64,000 bases of DNA from a virus (IMGVR_UViG_3300028832_000109:32001-96000), one strand, 5' to 3'; positions 26,707-37,088 are shown, numbered from the stretch's first letter. The notes: generated by a model not told the origin, from the letters alone. Numbers and translations: made by a program.

Positions 26707-29700
26707 TTAACGTTCGCCCGTTCTGATGTCGGTGGTTACGATGTTCCCGTTAGCCCGGCTGAGAACGTTAGTGGTCAAGAAGATGTACCGGGTACTGAGC
26801 GTCGGGTACAGCATCAAGTCCACGTTAAGGCGCTTGGCCGCGACAACTTCCGGCGGGTTGTTGCTATCGTCGCACACGACCTTGCTGCCAGTTTCCAGAC
26901 CGCCGGGGTTGGCAGCAATAATCTGGTCGAGCTTGGACTGGAGGTCTTCCGTGATATCGGAACGAAGGCCCGGAGTGTTGAGCTGGAACACCTTGGCGTC
27001 GAGGTAGTCGTAGAACATTTTGTGGATTCCAGCGACAAGCATCGTCACGTTAATCGCGTCGAACGCGCTGTCCTCCATCTGCATCGTGAAGTCGCCGAAG
27101 TAGTAGATTCCCTTCTTGTTGGAACGGATTGCGTTCACGTGAAGGTCGGACAGCTTCGCGATTTCGGATTCAGCATCCTCAGGAATGTTGTACTTCCTCT
27201 TGTACTTCAAGCGGTCACACCATGCGCCAGGAACCCTACCAGTATCCACGCCGGCAGGAACATGCCAGAATATCGACTTGCGGTTCGAAGTGATGAGCGA
27301 AGCCATCGCCACGGACGGAGCCAGTTCGACATTGGTTTTGGTAATGATGGTATCGTGGAATACGAGTCGTCCATCGAAAATCGCGCCCCAGCGTCCAAGG
27401 GTCGAACCGAACTGGCTCGCCGGGGAATCCAGCTTGAGCACCTTCTCGATTTTCTTCTCATCCACGCCGTCAAACAGCGCGAAGCAGTCTTTACGAAGTT
27501 CGCAAACATTCAGGACGGCCTGCATGAACTGCGTATCCAGGGTTTCGTATCCGCGGAGCCCGAAATTCTTGACACCGAGACCGGCACTCACGAAGAACGT
27601 AAGGTCGGACTCATCCTTATCCAAGAAGAGGTTGACCGCGTTGGAAAGCGTGCTGGTCGACATGTTGTTCTTCGGGTCATATTTCCACACCGCATTCTTG
27701 ATTATTGCCGGGTCATCGATGTTGAAGGCCGGGCAAATCATCGTTCCGGACGGAGCGGGCTTGATACCATGAGGCGTAGAAACACCGGCAACCGTAGAGG
27801 AAAGGTCGTAGGAGTTGTCCTCCCTGAACATTTCCATCACGCCGCTGTCATTCAAGATGAACGTCACGCCGGAACCTTCCAGCTCCCTTTCTGCAGTGTC
27901 GCCGATGTAAAGCTGGCGGTCGTTGTACACATACTGCACGACAGTACCGTCAAATTCATACCGGACACCCTTGTAGCTGTAGGCGATGGACATGTACAGC
28001 CGAGATACCGCCTCGCCGTCATCGGTGAGGTCATACACTCGTTCAGACTTTCCGGTGAAGTTGACATCCATGTACCTGATGTTTGCCAACCCGAGGCCGA
28101 CAAAGGTCGCGCCGATAGTTGAATCGGTCAAAACCTTCTCCGAATGGTCGATAACGCATCCGTTGCTCGGTTCAGCGTACTTGAATGCGGCACCCGCCGA
28201 TATACCAACCGTAGTTTCGTCCAAGGCAGCAGCCGTTGTCGAATTCTGAATCGCTTCCGGCACATACACCGTGAAGTTACCGATGAAATAGATGTCGGCA
28301 ACCTGCTTGGACGTGTCGTCGGCAGCAACATGCACCTTTAATGTAGTGCTGGTTGGCGTAGGGGCAACATCCTGGTCGCTATCCCGGGTACCCGGGACTT
28401 CCTGGTTGATGTTGTCGCAGCGAATAACCACGGAAGATGCATCGACCGTCTTGACGATACCCGTAACCGGGTCGGTGAGTTCGTCACATTCGAACGTGAC
28501 AGTATCACCAGCAGCGATGCCCTCCGGCATATCGGAAATATCCGCAGTAATTTCGACCGCCTGAACGAGATACACCGGGTCAACCGATTCCCCGCCCACA
28601 GACACTTGCTTCAGGTCGAATTCCGCAGTATATCCGCTTGCCACGGTCTTATCGGCAGAATGATTCGAGACCGTCGAGATTGAGGCATACACCGTCTTGT
28701 TTGTTTGGGTAAGATTCAGCAACTGGAATTCACCGTAATCGGTTTCAATCCCATCGCCGAAAGCTTCGACCAACTCAACCGTATCGGTTATCGGGTCAGA
28801 ATTCTTTACCATACCGAAGTACAGTATATTCGAATTGTCGAAATCGCCAAGGTCAACGTTCTCGGCTTCCTGAACCGTTTCCGAACTGGCTCGCGTGATG
28901 GCCACGCGGTCACCCGGCATAAAGTCGATGGCGCCGCCCGGGGCAAGCGTTATTGTCTTGCCGTCCTCGGACTTGACTATCGAGCCTTCCTTCTTGAGAA
29001 GGTCACCGACTATCATGCTGTTGCCATACGCAAGGTCTTCACCATGCAAAATATCAAGCAACGCGTTTACCGTACTAGATACGGTAGATTCGCTGTCCAG
29101 GTACAGTGTATGGGTATGTTCCGTATCCGCCCATCCGGTGCTTTCGTTGAGAACGTTGACGGATGCGCTTTCAGCAAGTTCAGCGATTGAATCGCCGGAT
29201 TCTGCCTTTAACGTGAATTCCGTCCCATTGATTGCCGTAACGGCGACGGTTGCTACCTTATCGCTCCATTTCACCAATACGGTATCGCCAACCCAGATAG
29301 AGTTCTTTGCGGTCGGGATGTCAACCACCAACGACGTATCGTTCTCGTGAACCGTGCCGGGGCTTGGCACATCCGTAGACAGGCGAACATACACTTCACC
29401 CCCGTCCTGGCTGCTAAACACCATCGGAGTACCGGATGGCAGCGCAGCGAGTTTTTCCAGTCCTTCCGGCGACAGGAACAGGGAGCTAAATGTCTTCGCG
29501 CCCTTCCCGGAAACGGCGGTCTTGATGCTCAGATAATCCGAACCGTCATCGACGATGCCGGCCGTATCGGAGTACATCAGCACTGAAGGGATGTAGCGGT
29601 ACGTGTCGACATTCAGCTTCGTCTGGTCGTCAGCGGCTTCAAGATAGACGGTCTTGTCGACTATCTGGGTAACCCTGAACGTACTCATCGTAGAAACGCG

Positions 29701-30453
29701 GCCTTCTGCAGGGCCGTAAACGATATCGTCTACCGCAAACCCTACCTTGCTCTTGGAAAGTACGGTAAGCTCGCCCGAACCGGTACGTGCACTCATCGCA
29801 GTATCGACGGGGTACGAACTGTACGCCCTGTTAGCGCCGCTCGGGTCGGCATTCATCAGGGCAAACATGACCATGTCGGTTTCTCCGCGGGCCACGCCAC
29901 CTGCAGAAATCCAGTTATTCCTGCTCGTGAAGTCCTCGGCGGCATCGACATTGAAGTCGACGTTGCTGTTGTTGACTATCGTCTCGGCAATGTTGTTGAT
30001 TTTACGGGTGACGCCGAACTTCGCCGCGCCATCCACCTTGTAACGGGTAGATGCGAAATGATGCACCCCGATGGATGTGCAGTCAGCGTTTTCCGGGTTG
30101 TTTGCCGCGTTGCGGTCGTAGGTCACGACGAACGTATCGGTTTTCAAGTCGCGCTTGTAGTCGCTGGTCTTGTCGATTTCCTCGCCGTAAGGCCTGACAA
30201 ACTCAACATGACCACCCGAGCTGAGAACGGCGCGTGCACCGTACATGCCCTGGTTGTACCGGGGGTTGTTGAACCCGAGACCGAAATAGTCTTCCTGCTG
30301 GGCAGTATTCGTCAGGAGGCAAATCTTGTTCAGCTCTCCCTTGGGGGCAAAGCCGACCACCGCGCCTATAGCCCTTGGAGATTCGACCAGGCTGTAACCG
30401 GAACTGTCATTTATCCCAGTGCGGACGCCGGCCGCTCCCATCCTTGTTGCCAT
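26707..30453 (-). CDS. Tail sheath protein (gp18-like) with large insertion
   Basis: GAVVGFAPKG N-term; CELRKDCFALFD, WHVPAG..G, VNAI..GI..FGD.T, SAFD.INV..L, VVCDDSNNPP C-term; start MATRMG. Confidence 0.92.
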   Translation of the reverse strand: MATRMGAAGVRTGINDSSGYSLVESPRAIGAVVGFAPKGELNKICLLTNTAQQEDYFGLGFNNPRYNQGMYGARAVLSSGGHVEFVRPYGEEIDKTSDYKRDLKTDTFVVTYDRNAANNPENADCTSIGVHHFASTRYKVDGAAKFGVTRKINNIAETIVNNSNVDFNVDAAEDFTSRNNWISAGGVARGETDMVMFALMNADPSGANRAYSSYPVDTAMSARTGSGELTVLSKSKVGFAVDDIVYGPAEGRVSTMSTFRVTQIVDKTVYLEAADDQTKLNVDTYRYIPSVLMYSDTAGIVDDGSDYLSIKTAVSGKGAKTFSSLFLSPEGLEKLAALPSGTPMVFSSQDGGEVYVRLSTDVPSPGTVHENDTSLVVDIPTAKNSIWVGDTVLVKWSDKVATVAVTAINGTEFTLKAESGDSIAELAESASVNVLNESTGWADTEHTHTLYLDSESTVSSTVNALLDILHGEDLAYGNSMIVGDLLKKEGSIVKSEDGKTITLAPGGAIDFMPGDRVAITRASSETVQEAENVDLGDFDNSNILYFGMVKNSDPITDTVELVEAFGDGIETDYGEFQLLNLTQTNKTVYASISTVSNHSADKTVASGYTAEFDLKQVSVGGESVDPVYLVQAVEITADISDMPEGIAAGDTVTFECDELTDPVTGIVKTVDASSVVIRCDNINQEVPGTRDSDQDVAPTPTSTTLKVHVAADDTSKQVADIYFIGNFTVYVPEAIQNSTTAAALDETTVGISAGAAFKYAEPSNGCVIDHSEKVLTDSTIGATFVGLGLANIRYMDVNFTGKSERVYDLTDDGEAVSRLYMSIAYSYKGVRYEFDGTVVQYVYNDRQLYIGDTAERELEGSGVTFILNDSGVMEMFREDNSYDLSSTVAGVSTPHGIKPAPSGTMICPAFNIDDPAIIKNAVWKYDPKNNMSTSTLSNAVNLFLDKDESDLTFFVSAGLGVKNFGLRGYETLDTQFMQAVLNVCELRKDCFALFDGVDEKKIEKVLKLDSPASQFGSTLGRWGAIFDGRLVFHDTIITKTNVELAPSVAMASLITSNRKSIFWHVPAGVDTGRVPGAWCDRLKYKRKYNIPEDAESEIAKLSDLHVNAIRSNKKGIYYFGDFTMQMEDSAFDAINVTMLVAGIHKMFYDYLDAKVFQLNTPGLRSDITEDLQSKLDQIIAANPGGLETGSKVVCDDSNNPPEVVAAKRLNVDLMLYPTLSTRYIFLTTNVLSRANGNIVTTDIRTGER

Positions 30454-30493
30454 ATCCCACCTCACATGGTTTTATATGTTTGTTCTGGCGGGA

Positions 30494-30547
30494 AGTTTAT
30501 CCGGTGGTCACATTTTTTTCTGATTTTGCCCCCTCTAGCGATAAACT
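30494..30547. promoter_or_regulatory. Divergent ATAAACT late promoters (30494-30500 -, 30541-30547 +)
   Basis: Serve the sheath operon and ORF 30580. Confidence 0.7.
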
Positions 30548-30579
30548 TGGCTTAAACCGAGCAAAACACGGAAATTACT

Positions 30580-31479
30580 ATGGATAAAAGGGAACTGAAC
30601 CGCCGAATCAACGGGCTGAAGGAGGCCTATCCAGACGAACTGGCCCTAATCGAGGGTATCCAGGACCTGATGAACCGTAAAGTGGAGGTCATTTCCGCAC
30701 AGGAACGGCACGCGCTCCGCCAGTTCCCAATGCAGTTCACCCGCAAGGTCAACCTCCCGGACGGGGAGTGGACGACGAAGCTGCACCAGTGGGCCGACAA
30801 CATGGAGGAAACCCTCCTCGATATCGACCCGTTAATCCTTACAAGGTCCAACTCGCGAGGGGAGTCCGTGCTCCACGCCCTCGTGTTCGCCGCGACAGGG
30901 CGGTTCACGCAAATGGTGAACTACGAACTGATTCAGAAGATGCTCAACAAGAACATGAGCTATATCGAGATGGTCATACCCAACAACGTGAACTCCAAGA
31001 TGGAGGGAAACGCGTGGATGGCCAAAGATAGCCTGCAGAAGACCCCGATGGACTACCTGGTCGAGTTCGCCAACGGGGACGGCGAGGTGGCCCCGGACGA
31101 GCAACTGAAGCAGATGCTGTACAATTTCGGCACGACCCCGGCCGTGGAGGCCCCGGTCGACAACACTCCCAACATCGAGGAAATCACCGAAATCGACCCG
31201 ACCGGCAATGCCGGACCGACCGACTCCGCCCAGGCAGAGGGGCCCGGGCAGCCACAGGCAAATCCCGGACAACCACAGGAAAATCCATCGCAGCCTCAGG
31301 GAACCCCGGGCCAGCAGCAGGAACCTCCGGGACAGCAGGGGCAGGACGGGGAAGACGACCAGAACATCAACGCCACCGAAGACGAAATACGCGCGGCCGA
31401 GTCGGTCGCGCGGGCTGGCGCTCAGGAAAAACACGAAGAGAACCCTATTCTCGAGACTTTGCTCGGGATGACTCCTTGA
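30580..31479 (+). CDS. Late protein with ankyrin-like motifs and PGQ-rich tail
   Basis: SNSRGESVLHAL and KDSLQKTPMDY; 7-aa PGQPQxx repeats. Confidence 0.65.
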   Translation: MDKRELNRRINGLKEAYPDELALIEGIQDLMNRKVEVISAQERHALRQFPMQFTRKVNLPDGEWTTKLHQWADNMEETLLDIDPLILTRSNSRGESVLHALVFAATGRFTQMVNYELIQKMLNKNMSYIEMVIPNNVNSKMEGNAWMAKDSLQKTPMDYLVEFANGDGEVAPDEQLKQMLYNFGTTPAVEAPVDNTPNIEEITEIDPTGNAGPTDSAQAEGPGQPQANPGQPQENPSQPQGTPGQQQEPPGQQGQDGEDDQNINATEDEIRAAESVARAGAQEKHEENPILETLLGMTP

Positions 31480-31753
31480 TTGAATCGACCTCCCGTTCCA
31501 TACGGGATACCCTGGGGCCTATCCCGGAATCATCCATGAACTTGCGGCTGGCCGTCCCGTCCCGTAGCTCGTCTACCCGGAGCCCGTTCGATATCGCCAT
31601 GCGAGCCTCGCGCTCCCCTATCCTGAACTTCTCCATGACGTAGCGGACCTCCGCCGGGATTTCCGGGATTTCCTGCCCGTATTCTTCCTGGAACCGCTTC
31701 TCGTCCATCTCCGGCCAGACGTAGCCTCCATCGCATGCCGCATTATTTTCCAT
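31445..31753 (-). CDS. Hypothetical protein
   Basis: 102-aa ORF overlapping gp62-like stop. Confidence 0.6.
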   Translation of the reverse strand: MENNAACDGGYVWPEMDEKRFQEEYGQEIPEIPAEVRYVMEKFRIGEREARMAISNGLRVDELRDGTASRKFMDDSGIGPRVSRMEREVDSIKESSRAKSRE

Positions 31754-32222
31754 TTCCGTTCACCTTCGCCGCGTGCACCTTGCGTGCCGGGGCCTTCTTT
31801 TTCTTGGTGAGAAGCGCAAGCAGCTTCTCCGGTTCATATATCCGGGCATACCGTTCCTCGATGGCGTCGAGGTCGAACAATCCGTAGCGCAACGTGTGCA
31901 CCACGTCGTTATTGCTGAGCCCGGTTACCTTCATGATGTGGTCAATCTGCTCCTTCTTCGCGCGGACGACTTCCCCCTTGGCGATGTTCCAGCGGTTGGA
32001 CCAGTGGACGTTGTTTAGCCCGTTGAATGTCATCGCCTGGATGTCCCTGGGGAGATGGGCGAAAGAGAGCTCGTTCAACTCGTGGGTAATCTTCCGGAGG
32101 GACGGGTCCATCGACAGCGCCTGCACGACGTTGTACAGCTGGAACTCGTCCTTGTCCAGTTCGCTTACGGGAAGTCCCCGGCGCCGGTCGTCGAGAAACT
32201 TGAAGAAGTTGAACGCGGCCAT
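31743..32222 (-). CDS. Clamp loader small subunit (gp62-like)
   Basis: FNFFKFL...FQLYNVVQALSM...ELN; coupled to gp44-like gene. Confidence 0.65.
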   Translation of the reverse strand: MAAFNFFKFLDDRRRGLPVSELDKDEFQLYNVVQALSMDPSLRKITHELNELSFAHLPRDIQAMTFNGLNNVHWSNRWNIAKGEVVRAKKEQIDHIMKVTGLSNNDVVHTLRYGLFDLDAIEERYARIYEPEKLLALLTKKKKAPARKVHAAKVNGNGK

Positions 32223-33310
32223 CAGGACACCGCCTTTGGCACGGCAACCTCTTCCAGCGGCATCTTCCCCACCATCTGGTACTGGGCGAGGAGGAGCTGC
32301 ACGTCGGCGAGGAACTCCTCGAGGGTGACCATTTGGTTGACCTGCGACTGGGTGGCACGGAGCGCCTTTCCGAGCAAGGAGGCAAACGAGATGGACAGGT
32401 AGTCAATCTGCCCGTTCGTCGGGAGCGGGATGCGTTTCTGGAAGTATACACCAAAGGGGACGTACACGCTTCGGTAGTCCTGGACATGGGTCGACAGGTA
32501 ATACTGCAGCTTGCGGAAATCCATCGCAATGGTCAGCTTGTATATGTCGGCGATGGTCTGTTCCCTGATGACGTTCGGGTGGCCAACTATGCTCCCGCCG
32601 TTTTCGAGGAACGTGAGGTGCATCGCGTTAATCATCGCGCGGATGTCCGGGTAGCAAGCCGATATGGTCTCCGCCAGGGTGTCCTTGCTCCACGTCCCCT
32701 TGCTGATGTCGGTCTCGGTCTTCGCAATGTAGCGAAGCCTCTTGTATATGCGGCGCCTGTACTCGACATCGTCCTCCGAGTGGTCGAATGAAATCGGCTG
32801 GCAGCGGGAACGGATGGCCTCACGAATCTGCCAGATTGAGTTGCAGGTAAGTATAAAACGAAGGTTGGACGAGGTTGCCTCGATGAGACTCTGTAGCTTC
32901 GTGTAGAAGGAATCGGGATTGGACGGGTTGTCCGCCTCGTCGATGACGTAGTATTTCGGAAGACCGTTCCCGGACCTGTACATGCCGCCCTCCTCGATTG
33001 ACTGCAGAATCTCGGAGTCGCGCCTGGCATAGATTACCTCGCGCTCGGCGCCAAGCATCAGGGGGAACGCCATGGCCAGGCTCGTCTTCCCTGTACCGGG
33101 GGAGCCGGAATGGAATATGTAGTTGTTGTACCCGCCAAGCTTGATGGCGTTGCGTATGATGTTGTCGAGCCTTGTCGGGAGTATGATTTCGTCCAGGTTC
33201 ACACCCCGATACTTCTCCACCCAGGCACGCGTACGGTCGTCGGACACATTTACCGTTGACTGGTCGTTCTGTAAGGGCTGACCCGTTATAAGGTCCACTT
33301 CTTGTTCCAT
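32222..33310 (-). CDS. Clamp loader large subunit (gp44/RFC AAA+)
   Basis: WVEKYR, GSPGTGKTS, IDEAD, FILTCN, AIRSRC, PDIR. Confidence 0.95.
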   Translation of the reverse strand: MEQEVDLITGQPLQNDQSTVNVSDDRTRAWVEKYRGVNLDEIILPTRLDNIIRNAIKLGGYNNYIFHSGSPGTGKTSLAMAFPLMLGAEREVIYARRDSEILQSIEEGGMYRSGNGLPKYYVIDEADNPSNPDSFYTKLQSLIEATSSNLRFILTCNSIWQIREAIRSRCQPISFDHSEDDVEYRRRIYKRLRYIAKTETDISKGTWSKDTLAETISACYPDIRAMINAMHLTFLENGGSIVGHPNVIREQTIADIYKLTIAMDFRKLQYYLSTHVQDYRSVYVPFGVYFQKRIPLPTNGQIDYLSISFASLLGKALRATQSQVNQMVTLEEFLADVQLLLAQYQMVGKMPLEEVAVPKAVS

Positions 33311-33328
33311 AGGTTATACCTCGCTACC

Positions 33329-33354
33329 AAATATAGCAAAGACCGGCATAAACT
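33329..33354. promoter_or_regulatory. Divergent pair TTGCTATATTT (-, 33329-33339) / ATAAACT (+, 33348-33354)
   Basis: Serve clamp loader operon and ORF 33362. Confidence 0.7.
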
Positions 33355-33361
33355 GTCGGAT

Positions 33362-33718
33362 ATGAGCGTCATTCTCAACTTCATGAACAAGGTCACCGAG
33401 AAGGACCCCGAACTCCGGGGCAAGGTCGCCGGCATGTACCGGAACATCTTCGAAAGCTCGGCCACCGACATCAACGCAAAGCAGATTGCCGCACAACCGG
33501 GAACTTGCCAGCAGGGAATAGCCCCGAACGGGCGCCTTGACCGGAACACGGAAATGCCTACGGACGAAACAGTGGCGCGACTGATGAAGAACTCGTACGC
33601 GGCCCGGTTCGGCCAATGGTGCGGCTCGGTTTCTCCGGGAAGGACTTCACTCGGAATGTGGGGTGGTACCGGCCCTCAGAACGTTAACGCGTCCACGGAT
33701 TCCGGGACCACTAAGTAA
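33362..33718 (+). CDS. Small late protein with shared leader (IFE-S)
   Basis: MSVILNFMNKVTEKDPELRGKVAGMYRNIFES; ATG 7 nt after ATAAACT. Confidence 0.65.
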   Translation: MSVILNFMNKVTEKDPELRGKVAGMYRNIFESSATDINAKQIAAQPGTCQQGIAPNGRLDRNTEMPTDETVARLMKNSYAARFGQWCGSVSPGRTSLGMWGGTGPQNVNASTDSGTTK

Positions 33719-34042
33719 TCAAACGACGGCGTCTAAATCGACATCGACCCGTTTCGCTTTGGGAGCCATATCATTGATTTCGCCAGCATCGTCCTGGACC
33801 TGGGCGCTAGGTACTTTGTTCACGTGAACAGAAAAATCTACCGATACGTTGTATCTCCCCGTCTCGCGCGTCATGACGCTCGACTCTAGCGCTGCCATAA
33901 TCTCCTTTGCAATGCCGTCCGCGAGCTTGCACGATAGTGGCTGAGACACATACTCGCGAAACTCCTCTTTACTGAGAAGAGTAATCATGGGCATACTAAG
34001 CGACAATGAGATAGTCGGAGATTTCGATTCGGACGTCCCCAT
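33719..34042 (-). CDS. Hypothetical protein
   Basis: 107-aa ORF with AGGA RBS and TTGCTATATTT motif at 34073-34083. Confidence 0.6.
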   Translation of the reverse strand: MGTSESKSPTISLSLSMPMITLLSKEEFREYVSQPLSCKLADGIAKEIMAALESSVMTRETGRYNVSVDFSVHVNKVPSAQVQDDAGEINDMAPKAKRVDVDLDAVV

Positions 34043-34100
34043 AAGAATTTCCTATTGATGGTTTCCTGGGGCAAATATAGCAATTAATACACCGGCTGCA

Positions 34101-37088
34101 TCAAATCAGTTCCAGCATAGCGTCGCTCTCGTCATATTCCAGCTCTTCGGGCCAGCCAACGGCGGTGAAGAGTCGCCCGATGACCTGGGCGACAGACACC
34201 TTCCACTGTTCATCCCAGTCAATATAGAACATGTCTATCAGACGCTGTGGGCAATGGTCCCCGGTATAGCAAATGATACTCACGCCGAAATCATCGTCAG
34301 CCTTCTTGATGAATTTCATCTTTTCACCGGCGACGACCGGCTCGTACGTTTCCTGCGATAGCACGGGGTCGGTTTCGATAAGGTAGTTCCAGACCGATGC
34401 CGCCCGGCGACGCCAATCCAACTTGGCCAGCTGCTCTTGCGGAAGACGGAGTTGAATCGGGTACGGAATCGGTTCCTCCTTCATGCCGGACGGAATGGAA
34501 ATCTTCGTGTAGTCGCCCTTGTCAAGGGCATCGTAGAACTCGCGCTTGATATCGAGCAATCTTTCCCGCACCGCCTTACGGTCCATGGTCTTGAGCATGA
34601 GCTTCACCATGTCCATCATGCGTTCACGCGAGAAAAGCGTAGTGGAGCTGCGAACGATTTCCAGGCCGGTCACGGCGAAATCCGGAGTGAGCTCCATAGT
34701 ACCCGTACGTACGATGTTCCCGTCCTCGTCCTTCACCGGGTCCTTGTCAAGGTACACAATGTCTTCGTTGGATTCCGCTTCGCAGATGTACTTCTTCTTT
34801 GCCGTGACGATGGCCTTGTATATGCACTTCTCGCGTTTCAGGAAAAGCTCGTTCTTCAGGTATCCCCAGCGGTTCGCGTAGGCGAGCATGAACTCGTCCA
34901 GTTTTTCTTCCAGTATGACGGCATCCATCATTCGGCAGAAATCCGTCAGGCGGTAGCGGTTATAGATGATGCGGTACCCGTCTCCCCACACGATACCGTC
35001 ATGGAACATAATCTTCACCTTGGTAAGACCGCTCTTCGGGTCAACAACGCGGTTTTCCGGGTCATGCCATGTATCGTGGGCATAGCGGTTGCACATGCGA
35101 TTAAAGCACTTCTTCGATGCGAGTTCTTCATCATCGGAGTTGCCAAAAGTGTACCGCTCAACTTGCTCATGCCCCTTGTACACGATGACCTCTGTGCCCG
35201 TGCCCTGTTTCTGCCGGAAATTCTCGAACAGGTCCCCGACTTTACAGTAGAATGAGTCGGTGTCGCCATGTGACATGCGCTTGTAGAGAATCTGATTGTC
35301 AACGTCCTGCACCGTTCCAAGGTAGTCCGGGTTGATTGTCGGAACGTACCCGAAAGCGTTGATGAACCGCTGGTCCGAGACGACCTCCTCGTTCAAGTAA
35401 TGGGCCAGCTGCTCGATGGTGAACTTGATTAGATTGCGTCCATATGCCGTGATTGACGCGGCGTTGTCCACGTCGTAAAGCGGGAAGATGTTGGCGCCGA
35501 GCAGGCCGTATAGCGAGTTTCCAAGGACCTTGTACACCTTCTGCATCATGTCATAGATGTTGGTCATCTCGTGGTCGCCGGCCTTCTTCGCGGCCTTCAT
35601 CTTATTCTTCAAGTTCGCACGGCCGTCAAAAAGGAGACGGGTAACCTTCGGGACGATTCCTTCCTTGTCCTTCCGGAAGTATACCTTGTACCGGCCGTTG
35701 TGCGTCCACGGACTCTCTATGAGAGTAGCACGCTCTTCCGCAGTCATTATGTAGTCGAGAGGCTTAATGACCTTGGTCTCCGGGCTGGTATTGAATGTCA
35801 TCATTATGGACGGGTAAAGCGAACGGTAGTCATACGAGACGAGCCACTCGTAGAAACCTGGGATGGAGTAGACAAATGCTCCGGGATACTCCTCCTTCTC
35901 CTTCAGCTTGTATGCCGGGAACACCATGTTGTTCTGGTGGAGGTAGTTCATGACGAACCCCACCAGCATCTTCTTGGACTCGAAAACGAAAGAGAACGGG
36001 ACGTGGGCCTCGGCAGCAGCGGCAACGCAGAGCTGGAACATGCGCTCGTGGAGCTCGATTTTCTTCAGAAGCCTGACGTCCTGCCAGTTATACAGGATGA
36101 ACTGTGACCAGTAGTTCTTCCACGACCGATAGCCATCCGGGAGCGGGGCCTTGTGTTCGCCGCACACCTTGTTGCCGATGTAGTCGAGCTTGTACGAAGG
36201 CTCCTCGGTAAAGGTGTACTTGCGGTATAGCGCAAGGAAGTCGATAACTTCGGTACCCGCTATCTGCAGCTCGCCCTTATCTGTCATCCAGGCCTTCTTG
36301 AACTGAGCCGGGAGCCTGGACAACTGCTTGAGTTCTACGCCGAGCTGCTCGGCGCGGTTCGCCATGTACGTAGTATCGTAAGAGAAGTTCCAGCCGGAGA
36401 GTATCGCTACCTCGTTGCGGCCTATTTCAGAGAAAAGCTGGTTGAGGAGGTCTTTCTCGGTGGCGCACAGGACGTACTTTCCGTTCTCCTTGGCCATCTC
36501 CTCCTTGACGTAATCCTCGACATCCTTCCCGACCCCGTAGGTTATGTAGTTGTCGGTAGTCGAGAAGTAAATCGTCACACAATTAATTGGGTATTCGGCG
36601 CGGTGGGCCGCTGGAAAGCGGCCTGTAGTCTCCACCTCTATATCGAGGAAGCATATGTTGATTTTCTTCATGTCCGGCTTCAACATGCCGGTATGTTCGT
36701 AATGCTTCTGGAGGAACCTGGCCCGGGGGTCAATGTCTATCTCCGCAATCTCGTTGTGCGGCCCGCGATTGTTGTTCCAAATGTCACGTTCCTTCCTTGT
36801 ATGGGCACGAGCGACATACATGGGTTTCCCGTATATGTCAGTCATACCACATGGTATAGCGCCATACTGCCCGCGGTTTGGCGTATAGAACGTGTTAACG
36901 ATGCGCTGCTGCTCCATCGTCCCGTCATCATACCACAGAAACAGGTTGTCTGTATCCCTGTCGTGGTATATGGCCGACCACATCCTGTACTGCTTCGGTG
37001 GCTCGTTAGCGGAGTATAGGCTTGCCGAGCCGATGGCAGTCTGCCAGGTGGTCTGCACCGGGTCACTAGCTGTCATTAACTGTTCCAT
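34101..37088 (-). CDS. Family B DNA polymerase (gp43-like)
   Basis: ExoI FLDIEVE, ExoII GWN..YD, ExoIII YNWQDV; YDYRSLYPSI, KVLGNSLYG, GDTDS, KKKY, GLEIVRS. Confidence 0.97.
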   Translation of the reverse strand: MEQLMTASDPVQTTWQTAIGSASLYSANEPPKQYRMWSAIYHDRDTDNLFLWYDDGTMEQQRIVNTFYTPNRGQYGAIPCGMTDIYGKPMYVARAHTRKERDIWNNNRGPHNEIAEIDIDPRARFLQKHYEHTGMLKPDMKKINICFLDIEVETTGRFPAAHRAEYPINCVTIYFSTTDNYITYGVGKDVEDYVKEEMAKENGKYVLCATEKDLLNQLFSEIGRNEVAILSGWNFSYDTTYMANRAEQLGVELKQLSRLPAQFKKAWMTDKGELQIAGTEVIDFLALYRKYTFTEEPSYKLDYIGNKVCGEHKAPLPDGYRSWKNYWSQFILYNWQDVRLLKKIELHERMFQLCVAAAAEAHVPFSFVFESKKMLVGFVMNYLHQNNMVFPAYKLKEKEEYPGAFVYSIPGFYEWLVSYDYRSLYPSIMMTFNTSPETKVIKPLDYIMTAEERATLIESPWTHNGRYKVYFRKDKEGIVPKVTRLLFDGRANLKNKMKAAKKAGDHEMTNIYDMMQKVYKVLGNSLYGLLGANIFPLYDVDNAASITAYGRNLIKFTIEQLAHYLNEEVVSDQRFINAFGYVPTINPDYLGTVQDVDNQILYKRMSHGDTDSFYCKVGDLFENFRQKQGTGTEVIVYKGHEQVERYTFGNSDDEELASKKCFNRMCNRYAHDTWHDPENRVVDPKSGLTKVKIMFHDGIVWGDGYRIIYNRYRLTDFCRMMDAVILEEKLDEFMLAYANRWGYLKNELFLKREKCIYKAIVTAKKKYICEAESNEDIVYLDKDPVKDEDGNIVRTGTMELTPDFAVTGLEIVRSSTTLFSRERMMDMVKLMLKTMDRKAVRERLLDIKREFYDALDKGDYTKISIPSGMKEEPIPYPIQLRLPQEQLAKLDWRRRAASVWNYLIETDPVLSQETYEPVVAGEKMKFIKKADDDFGVSIICYTGDHCPQRLIDMFYIDWDEQWKVSVAQVIGRLFTAVGWPEELEYDESDAMLELI

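Noticed and set aside
21022-28122. Long opposite-strand ORFs (e.g. 21022-22296, 24662-25948, 26620-28122; likewise 4337-5356, 44554-45669)
   Set aside because: Antisense shadows of well-supported genes in GC-rich DNA; no motifs, promoters or RBS support
11915-30453. Bacterial T6SS/eCIS/tailocin locus
   Set aside because: Interleaved with a complete T4-type replisome, gp4 and late promoters, so it is a phage tail module
34101-37088. Intein in DNA polymerase
   Set aside because: GDTDS is intact and the insertion lacks a C-terminal HN-(C/S/T) junction and LAGLIDADG motifs
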